Assembly: GCA_030167145.1 (NCBI GenBank)
Contig: CP126532.1
Coordinates: 2,610,001-2,642,000 of the forward strand
Reading direction: 5' to 3'
DNA length: 32,000 nt
Source: Ktedonobacterales bacterium
Lineage (GTDB): Bacteria; Chloroflexota; Ktedonobacteria; Ktedonobacterales; JADMIN01
Shown piece after piece: positions 7,143 to 15,546 of the stretch. Both the position numbers and the translations under genes were made by a program. Position 1 is the stretch's first letter. Each line of letters begins with the position of its first letter. The notes beneath the pieces were generated by a model. That model worked only from the letters and a program-made list of their open reading frames with translations, made no database searches and was not told the origin of the DNA.

Positions 7143-7475
7143 ATGATGGCGTTGTTCCGGGATTTCATGCGCTTTGTCGCGCTTGCCGTCGGCCTGGTAG
7201 CGGGTCTGCTCGCCCTGCTGATAGACCTGGGAGCGCTTGCCTTCGCGGGCAAGACACACCCTGGTTGGGGTCTGCTGATCGTGCTGATCGGCATCGCTGG
7301 GGCGCTGATCGCTCCGTTCAGCGGACGCTATGCCGCGCTGCTGATGTTGTTCTCGGCGATTGCGTTCTTCTTTGCGGTGGGCGCGGGCGCGGCTGTCAGC
7401 AGCGTGTTCTTCATCATCGCCGCCGCGCTGGCGTACTTCGACCGCAGCCGCGCGAAGGCGGTGCAGGCGGCCTGA
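7143..7475 (+). CDS. Small integral membrane protein, unknown function
   Basis: Track ORF trimmed to ATG 7143, with SD GGAAGGGAG upstream. 110 aa, almost entirely hydrophobic with 3-4 predicted spans (FVALAVGLVAGLLALLIDLGALAF, GLLIVLIGIAGALIAPF, LLMLFSAIAFFFAVGAGAAVSSVFFIIAAALAYF). Confidence 0.6.
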   Translation: MMALFRDFMRFVALAVGLVAGLLALLIDLGALAFAGKTHPGWGLLIVLIGIAGALIAPFSGRYAALLMLFSAIAFFFAVGAGAAVSSVFFIIAAALAYFDRSRAKAVQAA

Positions 7476-7489
7476 CGCAGGCGCGCAGG

Positions 7490-7511
7490 GCGTCCACCGG
7501 ACGCCCCTATG
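7490..7511. repeat. Dispersed hairpin repeat, copy 1 (GCGTCC-ACC-GGACGC + CCCTATG)
   Basis: GCGTCCACCGGACGCCCCTATG recurs identically at 15495-15516. It recurs with a 2-nt insertion and one change at 22673-22696. All three copies are intergenic and in the same orientation. Confidence 0.85.
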
Positions 7512-7539
7512 GGCAGCCGGGCGCGCGCGATGACTGAGG

Positions 7540-7571
7540 GCGGGGGTATCAGACGATGCCCCCGCTTTCTT
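7540..7571 (+). terminator. Rho-independent terminator for the 7143-7475 gene
   Basis: GCGGGGGTATC (7540-7550) pairs with GATGCCCCCGC (7555-7565), with one G-U pair, around loop AGAC. Followed by TTTCTT. Confidence 0.6.
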
Positions 7572-7584
7572 GTGTGGTGTGGGG

Positions 7585-8082
7585 TCAGGCCCAGCCAAAG
7601 CTGTCGAACCAGATGCCGCGCGCATAGTTCTCTAACGCCTGCCGCACGTAGGGAATGACGTTCGGGGGCAGGCCATCGCGCGGGAACCAGGCAAGTTCGG
7701 CGCATTTATCTGGCTCGGCGTTGGTGATCTCGCCGGTCCAGTGGTTGGCGGCGACGAAGAAGTTTATATATTCAGCATCTGACTGGCGGTGCATGACGCC
7801 GACGACGCGCAGATCGTCTGGCGCGAGGGTGATGCCGGCCTCCTCGCGCGCCTCGCGGATGGCCGCCGCGATGACTTCTTCGCCACCGTCCAGGTGACCG
7901 GCGATGACGCTATAGTTGCCGTCCTCATAGCCGGTATTGCGCCGCTGTAAGAGCAATACCGCGCCGTCGCGCTCCAGGAAGAGATGCACCGCGCACAGCA
8001 GCGCGAAACGAGTGGTCGTCACCGCTGTTCCCCCATTCACGTAGATTGCCGGATACCAGTCTGGCATGCGCGCGGCATGCAT
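7585..8082 (-). CDS. Nudix hydrolase
   Basis: Nudix box GHLDGGEEVIAAAIREAREEAGI fits G-x5-E-x7-REUxEExGU. The start is ambiguous: ATG at 8082 or 8067, neither with a clear SD. Confidence 0.85.
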   Translation of the reverse strand: MHAARMPDWYPAIYVNGGTAVTTTRFALLCAVHLFLERDGAVLLLQRRNTGYEDGNYSVIAGHLDGGEEVIAAAIREAREEAGITLAPDDLRVVGVMHRQSDAEYINFFVAANHWTGEITNAEPDKCAELAWFPRDGLPPNVIPYVRQALENYARGIWFDSFGWA

Positions 8083-8184
8083 GTCAACGCGCAGCCGCTA
8101 GCGTGCGCCGTGGCGGGAAAAATGGCTATTCGCGCTGGGTGCGGATGATATACTACCTCAGTTATAGAGGAGAGCAGCAGCATC

Positions 8185-9357
8185 ATGAATCCCGGACTCC
8201 TTGCAACAGCCGTTGCGACATCGCCCGATAGCATTTCTAAGGCGCTGGATACCGCGCTGAGCGGCATCGGCAGCCATCCCGTGCAGGCGGGGCTGACGGT
8301 GGTGATCGTGCTGGTGGCGCTGGTGGCGGGGCGCTGGCTCAGCCATCTGGCGAGCCGCGTGCCGGTGAGCATCGAGGCGCGGCGCGAGCGCAATGGCAAG
8401 ACACATGGCAAAGCGGGCGGCAAGAAGATGTCGCGCGTGCTGGAGGTGCGCCCTGGCATGGGCAGGTGGCTGGGGCGGTTCACGCTGATCTGCGTGTGGC
8501 TGGCGGCGGCGGTGGCGATCACATTGCTGTGGCTGTCAACCGTTCAGGCCACCCCGGAGAAGGACACCACTATTCAGGGGCTGCAAAGCTTTGCCAAGAA
8601 TATGGGGGCGTCGCTGCTGGTGATCGCGATTGCGCTGGGCCTGGGGCGGCGCTTGCAGAGCAGTGTGGTGGCCAGCGTGGGCGAAAGCTCGACGAAGAAT
8701 CTGGCGCTGCTGGGCGGGCGGCTGGTCTACGTTTCTACCCTGGCGCTGGGCTTCGTGATTATCCTGGCGATCTGGGGCACGGGCATCGTTTTTCCGGTGG
8801 CGCTGCTGGGCGCGCTGACGGTGGCGCTGAGTGTGGCGCTGCAAGATGTGCTGAAGAATCTGGTGGCGGGGATCTATCTGCTGATCGAGCATCCGTTCCT
8901 AATCGGCGACCAGATTGCGATAGACAAGTATAGCGGGCAGGTGGAAGACATCCAGATTCGCTATACTGCGCTGCTGACGGCGGATGGGCAGCGGGTGCTG
9001 ATGCCGAATTCGCTGCTGTTCACGTCGCCGGTGGTGAATATGAGCGCGTATGACAAGCGGCGTGTCACGCTCACCGTGACGATCCCCGATGGCGACACGG
9101 CCAGCGTCGAGCGCGCGCGCGCGGGCATCCTCAGCGCGCTGAAAAGCGTACATGATATGCTGCCCGATCCAGAGCCGCGCGTGATCCTCAACGGGGCGAG
9201 TGGGGGGAAAGTGGGCTTCTCGGCGATTTTCTGGCTGCCCACCAGCGAATTTGCCGGGGCTGCTGGGGTACTTTCCACCGCGATGGAGAGTATCCGCGCG
9301 CAGGTGGCTGAGGCTGAGGTGAGTGCCAGCGAAAGCGCTGCGCCGCCCGCCAAGTAA
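8185..9357 (+). CDS. Mechanosensitive ion channel, MscS family
   Basis: Pore-lining and beta-domain region ALQDVLKNLVAGIYLLIEHPFLIGDQIAIDKYSGQVEDIQIRYTALLTADGQRVLMPNSLL is the MscS signature. Several N-terminal TM spans. Confidence 0.85.
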   Translation: MNPGLLATAVATSPDSISKALDTALSGIGSHPVQAGLTVVIVLVALVAGRWLSHLASRVPVSIEARRERNGKTHGKAGGKKMSRVLEVRPGMGRWLGRFTLICVWLAAAVAITLLWLSTVQATPEKDTTIQGLQSFAKNMGASLLVIAIALGLGRRLQSSVVASVGESSTKNLALLGGRLVYVSTLALGFVIILAIWGTGIVFPVALLGALTVALSVALQDVLKNLVAGIYLLIEHPFLIGDQIAIDKYSGQVEDIQIRYTALLTADGQRVLMPNSLLFTSPVVNMSAYDKRRVTLTVTIPDGDTASVERARAGILSALKSVHDMLPDPEPRVILNGASGGKVGFSAIFWLPTSEFAGAAGVLSTAMESIRAQVAEAEVSASESAAPPAK

Positions 9358-9453
9358 GTATCTCTGCTGTGTGCCGCGCGCCGATTTCAAGCTATCATCA
9401 ATCGGGCTATATCGCGCCGCGCTGCCATCAAGGATGGCCAGGAGGATTGCCGC

Positions 9454-10116
9454 GTGCAAAAGAGACCGCGCTATGGTATCCTGGGCGGGACGTTCGACCC
9501 GCCGCACCTGGGGCATCTCGCGCTGGCGCAGGAGGTCTATGCGCGTCTGGCGCTGGACCGCGTGTGGTTCATGCCGGCCGGCGATCCGCCGCATAAGCGG
9601 GGCCGAATCATTAACGCGGCAGCGCGCCGGCTGGCGATGGTGGAGCGGGCCGTCGCGCCAGATCCGCGTTTCGGCGTTTTGACGCTGGAGCTGGAGCGGG
9701 CAGGGCCGTCGTATACCGCCGATACGCTGCGGGCGTTGCGCGCGCTGTGGGGCGCGGAGGCGCATCTCTGCCTGATTCTAGGTTGGGATATGCTGGCGTA
9801 CCTGCCGCAATGGCACCGGCCCGAGGCGGTGATCGCGCAGGCGGACCAGATCGCGGCGGTTCACCGTATCGGGGCGGAGACGCCGCCGGGCGAGATGGAG
9901 CGGCTGACGGCGCGACTGCCGGGTATCGCGGCGAAGCTGGTGATTCTGCCCGCGCCGCGATTCGAGATTTCGGGGACGCTGCTGCGCGAGCGCGTGGCAT
10001 CAGGCTTGCCGGTCCGGTATCTTGTGCCGGACGCGGTGGAAGAGTACATTCAGACGGAGGGGCTATATCTGCCACCAGCGCGTGCGCCACACGTAGAGCC
10101 AACGCGCGGAGGCTGA
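9454..10116 (+). CDS. nadD: Nicotinate-nucleotide adenylyltransferase
   Basis: YGILGGTFDPPHLGHLALAQ carries the (T/H)xGH nucleotidyltransferase motif. Length and the ISGT-like motif (FEISGTLLRER) fit NadD. GTG start with SD AGGAGG upstream. Confidence 0.9.
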   Translation: MQKRPRYGILGGTFDPPHLGHLALAQEVYARLALDRVWFMPAGDPPHKRGRIINAAARRLAMVERAVAPDPRFGVLTLELERAGPSYTADTLRALRALWGAEAHLCLILGWDMLAYLPQWHRPEAVIAQADQIAAVHRIGAETPPGEMERLTARLPGIAAKLVILPAPRFEISGTLLRERVASGLPVRYLVPDAVEEYIQTEGLYLPPARAPHVEPTRGG

Positions 10117-10161
10117 GATGTACGGCAGCGCGGATGCCGCGAGAAGGGCAGAAGGGGTAGC

Positions 10162-10392
10162 ATGACGATCCTTGAACTGGGGATGTATGATCGCCTGCGC
10201 CTGCGCAAGCCACATCCTTGCGGCAGCACCGATTGGCGGGTGGTGCGGTTGGGCGCGGATATCGGTCTGAAGTGCGAGGGGTGTGGGCGGCGTATTCTGC
10301 TGCCGCGTAGCGAACTTGAACGGCGGTTGAAAACGGTGCTGAGCCGGGGAGCCAGCGAGTATCCGATGGAAGGTGATACGCAGCATGGCTAG
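10162..10392 (+). CDS. DUF951 family small protein
   Basis: RLRKPHPCGSTDWRVVRLGADIGLKCEGCGRRILLPRSELERRLK matches the DUF951 pattern (HPCGs..W.v.R.GaDi..kC..CgR...l.R). SD GAAGGGG upstream. Confidence 0.75.
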   Translation: MTILELGMYDRLRLRKPHPCGSTDWRVVRLGADIGLKCEGCGRRILLPRSELERRLKTVLSRGASEYPMEGDTQHG

Positions 10393-11950
10393 AGCGGAGC
10401 GCCCAACGGGCGATGCCTACTCAGTGGCGCGCAACGACCGCGCGGATGCGTCATTTCACCCAGAAGAGCGGCACCATATGAAGGCGCCGAACGTGCCGCC
10501 GATGCGCGGCCCCTATAGCGGCGAGTTGACAGACCCCAATATGAGCGCGGTGCGGCGTGGCTTCGGCACGGTGCTGCGCAATCGCCTGTTTCTGCGGCTG
10601 TGGGTCGCGCAGTTGATTTCGCAGACGATCCAAAACGCCTCGAATTATGCGGTCATCATTTTGATTGCCACGATCAGCAATAGCGTGACCTTCACCAGCC
10701 TGGCCATCGTCGCGTTTAGCCTGCCTCCGGCGCTCTTCGGCGCGGCGGCTGGTGTGCTGGTAGATCGCTTCAACCGGCGCACGGTGCTGTGGGTGAGCAA
10801 TGTGCTGCGCGCGGCTGCTGCTGCTGGCTTCGTGTTGTCGTTGATCGTGGATAAGCATGCGCTGATACCGGTGCTGCTGCTGAGTTTTGTCACGGCGCTG
10901 ATCGGTCAGTTTTTTGCGCCGGCTGAGGGCGCGGCGATTCCGCAGTTGGTTCACAAAGATGAATTGATGAACGCGCTGGCGCTCTTCAACATCACGTTCA
11001 CGCTGGCGCAGGCGTTTGGCCTCATCATTCTTGGCCCGGTGATTATTAACTTCATTCCGACGGTGCGTATTGGCACGACGCGCCATGGCTTCAACCTGAC
11101 ATCCGTCGAGGTGCTGTTCATTCTCGTTGCGGCGCTCTATATCGTCTGTGCGCTGTTGATTCTCTCGATTCCACGGCAGAAGTTTCTGCTGCGCCGCCGG
11201 GGCGGCACTACGGTGCCGCTGGAGCCAGCGCCCTCGCAGAGTCCGTGGATTGACGGCATCTGGCATGGAATCGTGGAATCGTGGAACTTCATGCGCCGCG
11301 ACCATGCGCTCTTTGCGTCGGTGTTGCAGTTGTGTCTCGGCGGGACGATTGTGGCGGTGGTGGCGACGATTGCGCCAGAGTTCGTGTATCAGTTCTTCCA
11401 CAAAGATCCCAGTTTTGCTGCGCTGGTGCTGTTTCCGGCGGGCGTGGGGCTGGTGATTGGTTCGGCGATTACCCCGGCAGTGGTCAAGCGGCTGCATTAC
11501 ATGCGCACGGTGGGGCTGGGGATCATCTTGCTGAGTGTGTGCGCGGTGCTGCTGACGCTGGTGCGCGCGGTGGCGGAGGCGATAGATCCGCATCACTGGT
11601 GGAGTGATTGGCCATACCTTGGCACGGCGGTTTTTTTGATCTTGCTGATCGGTTTCGCGCTGGATTTCATCAATGTGCCCGCGCAGACGCGGATGCAGGA
11701 GCATTCGCCGGATTGGATCAAGGGGCGGGTGCTGGCGCTGCAAGGGATGTTGCTGAACGCGGTGACGGTGCCTTCGGTGGTGCTGATCGGCCTCGCCGCC
11801 GACAACCTGGGCTTGTCGAATGCGATGGCGCTGCTGGCGGTGGTGATTGTGGTGGCGGGGCTGGCGAGTTTGTCGTTCGGGTCGCCGAGTGGCGCTTCGC
11901 CTGATGGCAAACAACCCGCGCCACCAGCTACAATCAAACGTGATAGATAA
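10385..11950 (+). CDS. MFS transporter
   Basis: About 12 hydrophobic spans. N-terminal FLRLWVAQLISQTIQNASNYAVIILI and the loop VLVDRFNRR are typical of MFS_3-type exporters. I chose ATG 10385 (SD GGAAGGTG 9 nt upstream; 8-nt overlap with the DUF951 stop). GTG 10373 or ATG 10478 are also possible. Confidence 0.8.
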   Translation: MARAERPTGDAYSVARNDRADASFHPEERHHMKAPNVPPMRGPYSGELTDPNMSAVRRGFGTVLRNRLFLRLWVAQLISQTIQNASNYAVIILIATISNSVTFTSLAIVAFSLPPALFGAAAGVLVDRFNRRTVLWVSNVLRAAAAAGFVLSLIVDKHALIPVLLLSFVTALIGQFFAPAEGAAIPQLVHKDELMNALALFNITFTLAQAFGLIILGPVIINFIPTVRIGTTRHGFNLTSVEVLFILVAALYIVCALLILSIPRQKFLLRRRGGTTVPLEPAPSQSPWIDGIWHGIVESWNFMRRDHALFASVLQLCLGGTIVAVVATIAPEFVYQFFHKDPSFAALVLFPAGVGLVIGSAITPAVVKRLHYMRTVGLGIILLSVCAVLLTLVRAVAEAIDPHHWWSDWPYLGTAVFLILLIGFALDFINVPAQTRMQEHSPDWIKGRVLALQGMLLNAVTVPSVVLIGLAADNLGLSNAMALLAVVIVVAGLASLSFGSPSGASPDGKQPAPPATIKRDR

Positions 11951-12104
11951 CGCTGAGTTGCGACGTATATCATTGTGTAAGTCTTGTATACTGTATACGG
12001 TCAAGGATATTGTGGGGATTTCCCCGCCGTTGCCGCTGGGAGACGTGGTACGCTGTCTGCGTGCGGTGACGCGGCGGATGCCGTGCGCGAGCTAAAGGGG
12101 TCGA

Positions 12105-13322
12105 GTGATGCAACCGTTCAATGAAACGTGGCTGACTTCGCCCCTGCATATCGTTGACGCCTCAGTGGGCGCGCCCAGCACGATGCTCCCCGACCTGGGC
12201 GAGCGCTACCGCCATGAAGCCGAGGAAGAGCTTGCGCTCGATCCAGCGCAGATTCTGGTGAGCATGCTGCTGCCCATCGGCGACACCCTGTTTGCCACGC
12301 CAGCGCTGGGGGCGCTGCGGCGGCGTTTTCCGCTGGCGAAGATCTCGGTGCTGGTCTCGCGCAGCAATGCGGGCATTCTGGAAGACAACCCCAGCTTCGA
12401 TCATCTCGTGGTGGTGGATGAGCCGCGCTCGGAGCATGCGGAGCATAAGATGGTGCGCTTCGCGCGTGGGTTGAGTGAGTTGCGCACCACGAAGTATGAT
12501 CTGGTGATCAATTTCTCGCCGGTCGGCGCGCTGGTGCTGCGTATGGCGGGCATCTATCAACGTCCTCTGCGTGTGCATATGCCGTTGCTGTGGTGGCTGG
12601 TGGGAACGCATTCGTCGGATTATCGCTCGCGGCATGCGATTGACCACTACATCAACGCCATCGCCCCGATTCTGGACGCCCCGCTTGCCGAAGAGGAGCG
12701 CCAGCCGCGCATGTATCTGACGGCGCGCAATCGCACCGCCGCGCGCAAGTTGCTGCGTGAGTGGGGGTTATCGCCTGCGGATACGCTGATTACGATGCAT
12801 GTCGGCGGTGAGGGCTTTAATGGGCGCAAGCAATGGGCGCCGAAACGGTTCGCCCAGGTGGCTGCCGAGCTGATCGAGCGATTTGGGGCGCATGTGTTGC
12901 TGATCGGTGGCAAGCAGGATCTGCCGCTGTGTGAGCAGGTAGCTGAGCAGCTTGGCAACCATGCGACGGTCGCCGCTGGCCGCACGTCGCTGAAGGAGAC
13001 GGCGGCGCTGATCGAGGTGTCGGCGCTGTTCATCGGCAACGATTCGTGTCCGTTGCACATCGCCGCTGGGGTGGGCACGCCTGCCGTGGGCATCTTTGGA
13101 CCGTCGAACCATGTGCAGTTCCGTCCGGTGGGCAAGAAGGCGTACCGGCAGCGGATTGTTCACTCGAATCTGCCGTGCGCGCCATGCTTCCACTTCGTGG
13201 GCAGCGAGGCGCCGTGGGTGCCGAATACGTGCCATTCGTTCGCCTGCCTGAAGGCGATTACCGCCGAGCATGTGCTGGATGCCGCTGTGGAGCTGCTGGA
13301 GGATGCGCGCGAGGAAGGGTAA
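12105..13322 (+). CDS. Glycosyltransferase family 9 (heptosyltransferase-like)
   Basis: IGDTLFATPALGALRRRFPLAKISVLV and GRTSLKETAALIEVSALFIGNDSCPLHIAAGVGTPAVGIFGPSN are GT9 signatures. ATG 12108 is the more likely start (SD AAAGGGG 7 nt upstream). Confidence 0.8.
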   Translation: MMQPFNETWLTSPLHIVDASVGAPSTMLPDLGERYRHEAEEELALDPAQILVSMLLPIGDTLFATPALGALRRRFPLAKISVLVSRSNAGILEDNPSFDHLVVVDEPRSEHAEHKMVRFARGLSELRTTKYDLVINFSPVGALVLRMAGIYQRPLRVHMPLLWWLVGTHSSDYRSRHAIDHYINAIAPILDAPLAEEERQPRMYLTARNRTAARKLLREWGLSPADTLITMHVGGEGFNGRKQWAPKRFAQVAAELIERFGAHVLLIGGKQDLPLCEQVAEQLGNHATVAAGRTSLKETAALIEVSALFIGNDSCPLHIAAGVGTPAVGIFGPSNHVQFRPVGKKAYRQRIVHSNLPCAPCFHFVGSEAPWVPNTCHSFACLKAITAEHVLDAAVELLEDAREEG

Positions 13323-13370
13323 GGCTGGTTCCCCGGCGTTGCGGTCTGAGGTCGTCGGATCTGCCACTGA

Positions 13371-13610
13371 CTACGCTCCATGCTTTTCCAGACGCCAACG
13401 CTCGATCTCCTCATCAGAAGGCGCGGGGCGATTCCCTAACCCAATGCCGCGTAACTCGGCAGAAGCGACATACGGGCGGCCGGTCTGTGGATCAAGGGTT
13501 GCCAGGCCAGGATCCAGGATACGGCGGGCCAGATGCACTTGCTGGTCACGTGGCCACGCCTGGACCATGCGCAAGATAGTCTCTTCATCGAGAACCTGTT
13601 GCTCAGCCAT
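13371..13610 (-). CDS. Small antitoxin-like protein (79 aa)
   Basis: ATG at 13610. The C-terminal tail SAELRGIGLGNRPAPSDEEIERWRLEKHGA resembles tails of small type II antitoxin-like proteins (compare AEEVDAYIREERDSWDR in the VapB-like protein at 29718-29957). Lies 45 bp downstream of the NYN gene on the same strand. Confidence 0.55.
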   Translation of the reverse strand: MAEQQVLDEETILRMVQAWPRDQQVHLARRILDPGLATLDPQTGRPYVASAELRGIGLGNRPAPSDEEIERWRLEKHGA

Positions 13611-13655
13611 ATGTTTCCCTCCCTTGTATTCTCTGCCGGAGTCAGCCTAATGTCA

Positions 13656-15302
13656 TCACTCTACCATATCGGTCTGACGTGCTGGGCCAACATCCGCACC
13701 AATGCCACGTAGTTCGGCAGAGGGGATAAAGGAGCTATCACCAGCCACTGCTGACGCGGCGGGTGTCGAGATCGCTGACGTCTCGTCGGGGTGTGCGTCT
13801 TCCGGGCTTTCGTCCGCTGCTTCGGTTTCGGGCAGGCGTGGGTGGGCGATCTTGTCGAGTGAGTCGGGCACGTCGTCGAAGGTCAGCAGGCCTAGCGCAC
13901 GGGCGCTACGCACGAAGTAGCGGGCGTGGGTTTCGCGTTTGTCGTTTCCTGCGGCGATGAGCTTGAGTAGCGGTGCGGCTGCCGTGTCGGATGGGAAGTC
14001 GTGTGCCGCCAGTGCTGTGGCCACTCCATTCATGCTCACTATCTCCTCTGGGCGCGTGAGCGCTACTTGCACTGCCGCGCGGGCCGCCGCCTCGGCGATT
14101 GCGTACAGGCTGCGCGCGGCGTCTTCGGCGCTGGCTGAGCCGATAGTGGGAAGGGCATGCCCACGGGCGCGATGCAGCACACCTAACATCATCAAGTGCT
14201 CTTGCCAATAATCAAACCACTTGCTGCCAGCACTGTAGCCTACGCTCGCCAGGCGAGGACGAAATGTTGTGTCGAGCAGGTTGTAGAAAATATCCCTCTT
14301 GCTTTGGTCTGATTTCCCGCGCTGAGCGTCATTGCGTGCGGTTATCGTATCCGCGATGGCGTAATAGAGTTGCGCTTCGCCTGAGCGTGAGAGCGATGTG
14401 GGAACCGGGAGGCGCGGGGGCACAGTCGCGGATAGTTGATTTTTCTTCTGTTTGCGGGCCTTAGCCTTCTTCGGCTTGCTGGTAAGAGCCGGGGTAAGAG
14501 TCGCGGGGCGTTCGGACGGCTCTGATGAGACTATTTCCAATTCGGAGACTACGTGCGAAAAATCGTTGACGGTGACGAGGTCGAGATAGCTGGCGAGTTT
14601 GTGATAGGTTGGATTGGCGGGCGCAGCCCAGACTTGCACACGATGGCCAAGGGCAGCAAGCCGGTATACCAGCGCAACAAAATCACCGTCGCCAGTCACC
14701 AGAATGAATTCCTGGCTCGGCGGCCCCAACAGCGCGCGTTCGTAGGCATGCATCGCCAATTCTTTGTCCACAGCTTCTTTCACACGGACATAGCCCATCG
14801 GATCATGCGGCACATCAACCGGGCGGAAGCCAAAACGATACAGTGTCTTATATTTTTCGCCTGTTGCGGTCTGCGAGGCGTCGAGGAAATAGAGCAGGTC
14901 TGTCTTACGTCCGTCCAGGTATTTGGTGAGGAAATTCATGAAGGCGCGGATGTCACGTTCGGATAGTTGATTTTCGGCGTCAAGATACACGGAAACTGGC
15001 GGGATGAGCGAGGTGGATGTTGCGAGATAGGTGGAGTGTCGGTAGGAGGGCTGGAGGATGAGGAACAGGATGACGAGGGCGCACGCGGCTATGCCGATGA
15101 GCAGCAGGGTATGGGGGCCAAGCGCGCCGATGGCCTGGGCGGCGGTGGCCAGCGTATCGCGCACGGTGGTTTGCTCGGCGGTGGGGAGCGCCAGATAGAT
15201 GATGGCGAGCAGCGCGACGATGAAAAAGGCCACAGCGAGGAGGATACGGGTGCGGGAACGTCGAGACCAGTAGAAACGCCAGCGCAGGAAGAACGTGGAC
15301 AC
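13656..15302 (-). CDS. Membrane-anchored NYN (LabA-like) domain protein with uncharacterised C-terminal half
   Basis: GTG start at 15302. Two N-terminal TM spans (ILLAVAFFIVALLAIIYLAL, LLLIGIAACALVILFLIL). NYN motifs VSVYLDAEN and ILVTGDGDF. Lys-rich linker KPKKAKARKQKK. The ~260-aa C-terminal region has no family I recognise. Confidence 0.8.
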   Translation of the reverse strand: MSTFFLRWRFYWSRRSRTRILLAVAFFIVALLAIIYLALPTAEQTTVRDTLATAAQAIGALGPHTLLLIGIAACALVILFLILQPSYRHSTYLATSTSLIPPVSVYLDAENQLSERDIRAFMNFLTKYLDGRKTDLLYFLDASQTATGEKYKTLYRFGFRPVDVPHDPMGYVRVKEAVDKELAMHAYERALLGPPSQEFILVTGDGDFVALVYRLAALGHRVQVWAAPANPTYHKLASYLDLVTVNDFSHVVSELEIVSSEPSERPATLTPALTSKPKKAKARKQKKNQLSATVPPRLPVPTSLSRSGEAQLYYAIADTITARNDAQRGKSDQSKRDIFYNLLDTTFRPRLASVGYSAGSKWFDYWQEHLMMLGVLHRARGHALPTIGSASAEDAARSLYAIAEAAARAAVQVALTRPEEIVSMNGVATALAAHDFPSDTAAAPLLKLIAAGNDKRETHARYFVRSARALGLLTFDDVPDSLDKIAHPRLPETEAADESPEDAHPDETSAISTPAASAVAGDSSFIPSAELRGIGADVGPARQTDMVE

Positions 15303-15494
15303 GCGCCCATCCCTTCATTGTGGGCGGTCCCTGCCATTTCACCGCGCGGGCGTACTACAATAGTGCCCGCATTCTCAGTATAGTGGATATGGCTGAGGTG
15401 TCAATAGAGGTATCGGTGAAGTCGGCGTTTTTCGATAGCACAAGCGCGCAGCGATGGGTGACGCACAATGGGACAGGCGCATCGCCCGTGAGGA

Positions 15495-15516
15495 GCGTCC
15501 ACCGGACGCCCCTATG
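15495..15516. repeat. Dispersed hairpin repeat, copy 2
   Basis: GCGTCCACCGGACGCCCCTATG, identical to 7490-7511. Lies about 30 bp beyond the stop (15547) of the TPR gene. Confidence 0.85.
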
Positions 15517-15546
15517 CATGTGTATCGCCCTTCGCTTGCGGAGGGG

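Noticed and set aside
12014-12025. GGGGATTTCCCC mini-hairpin upstream of the GT9 gene.
   Set aside because: It has only a 4-bp stem, is not a perfect palindrome, and has no second copy. Too weak to call.
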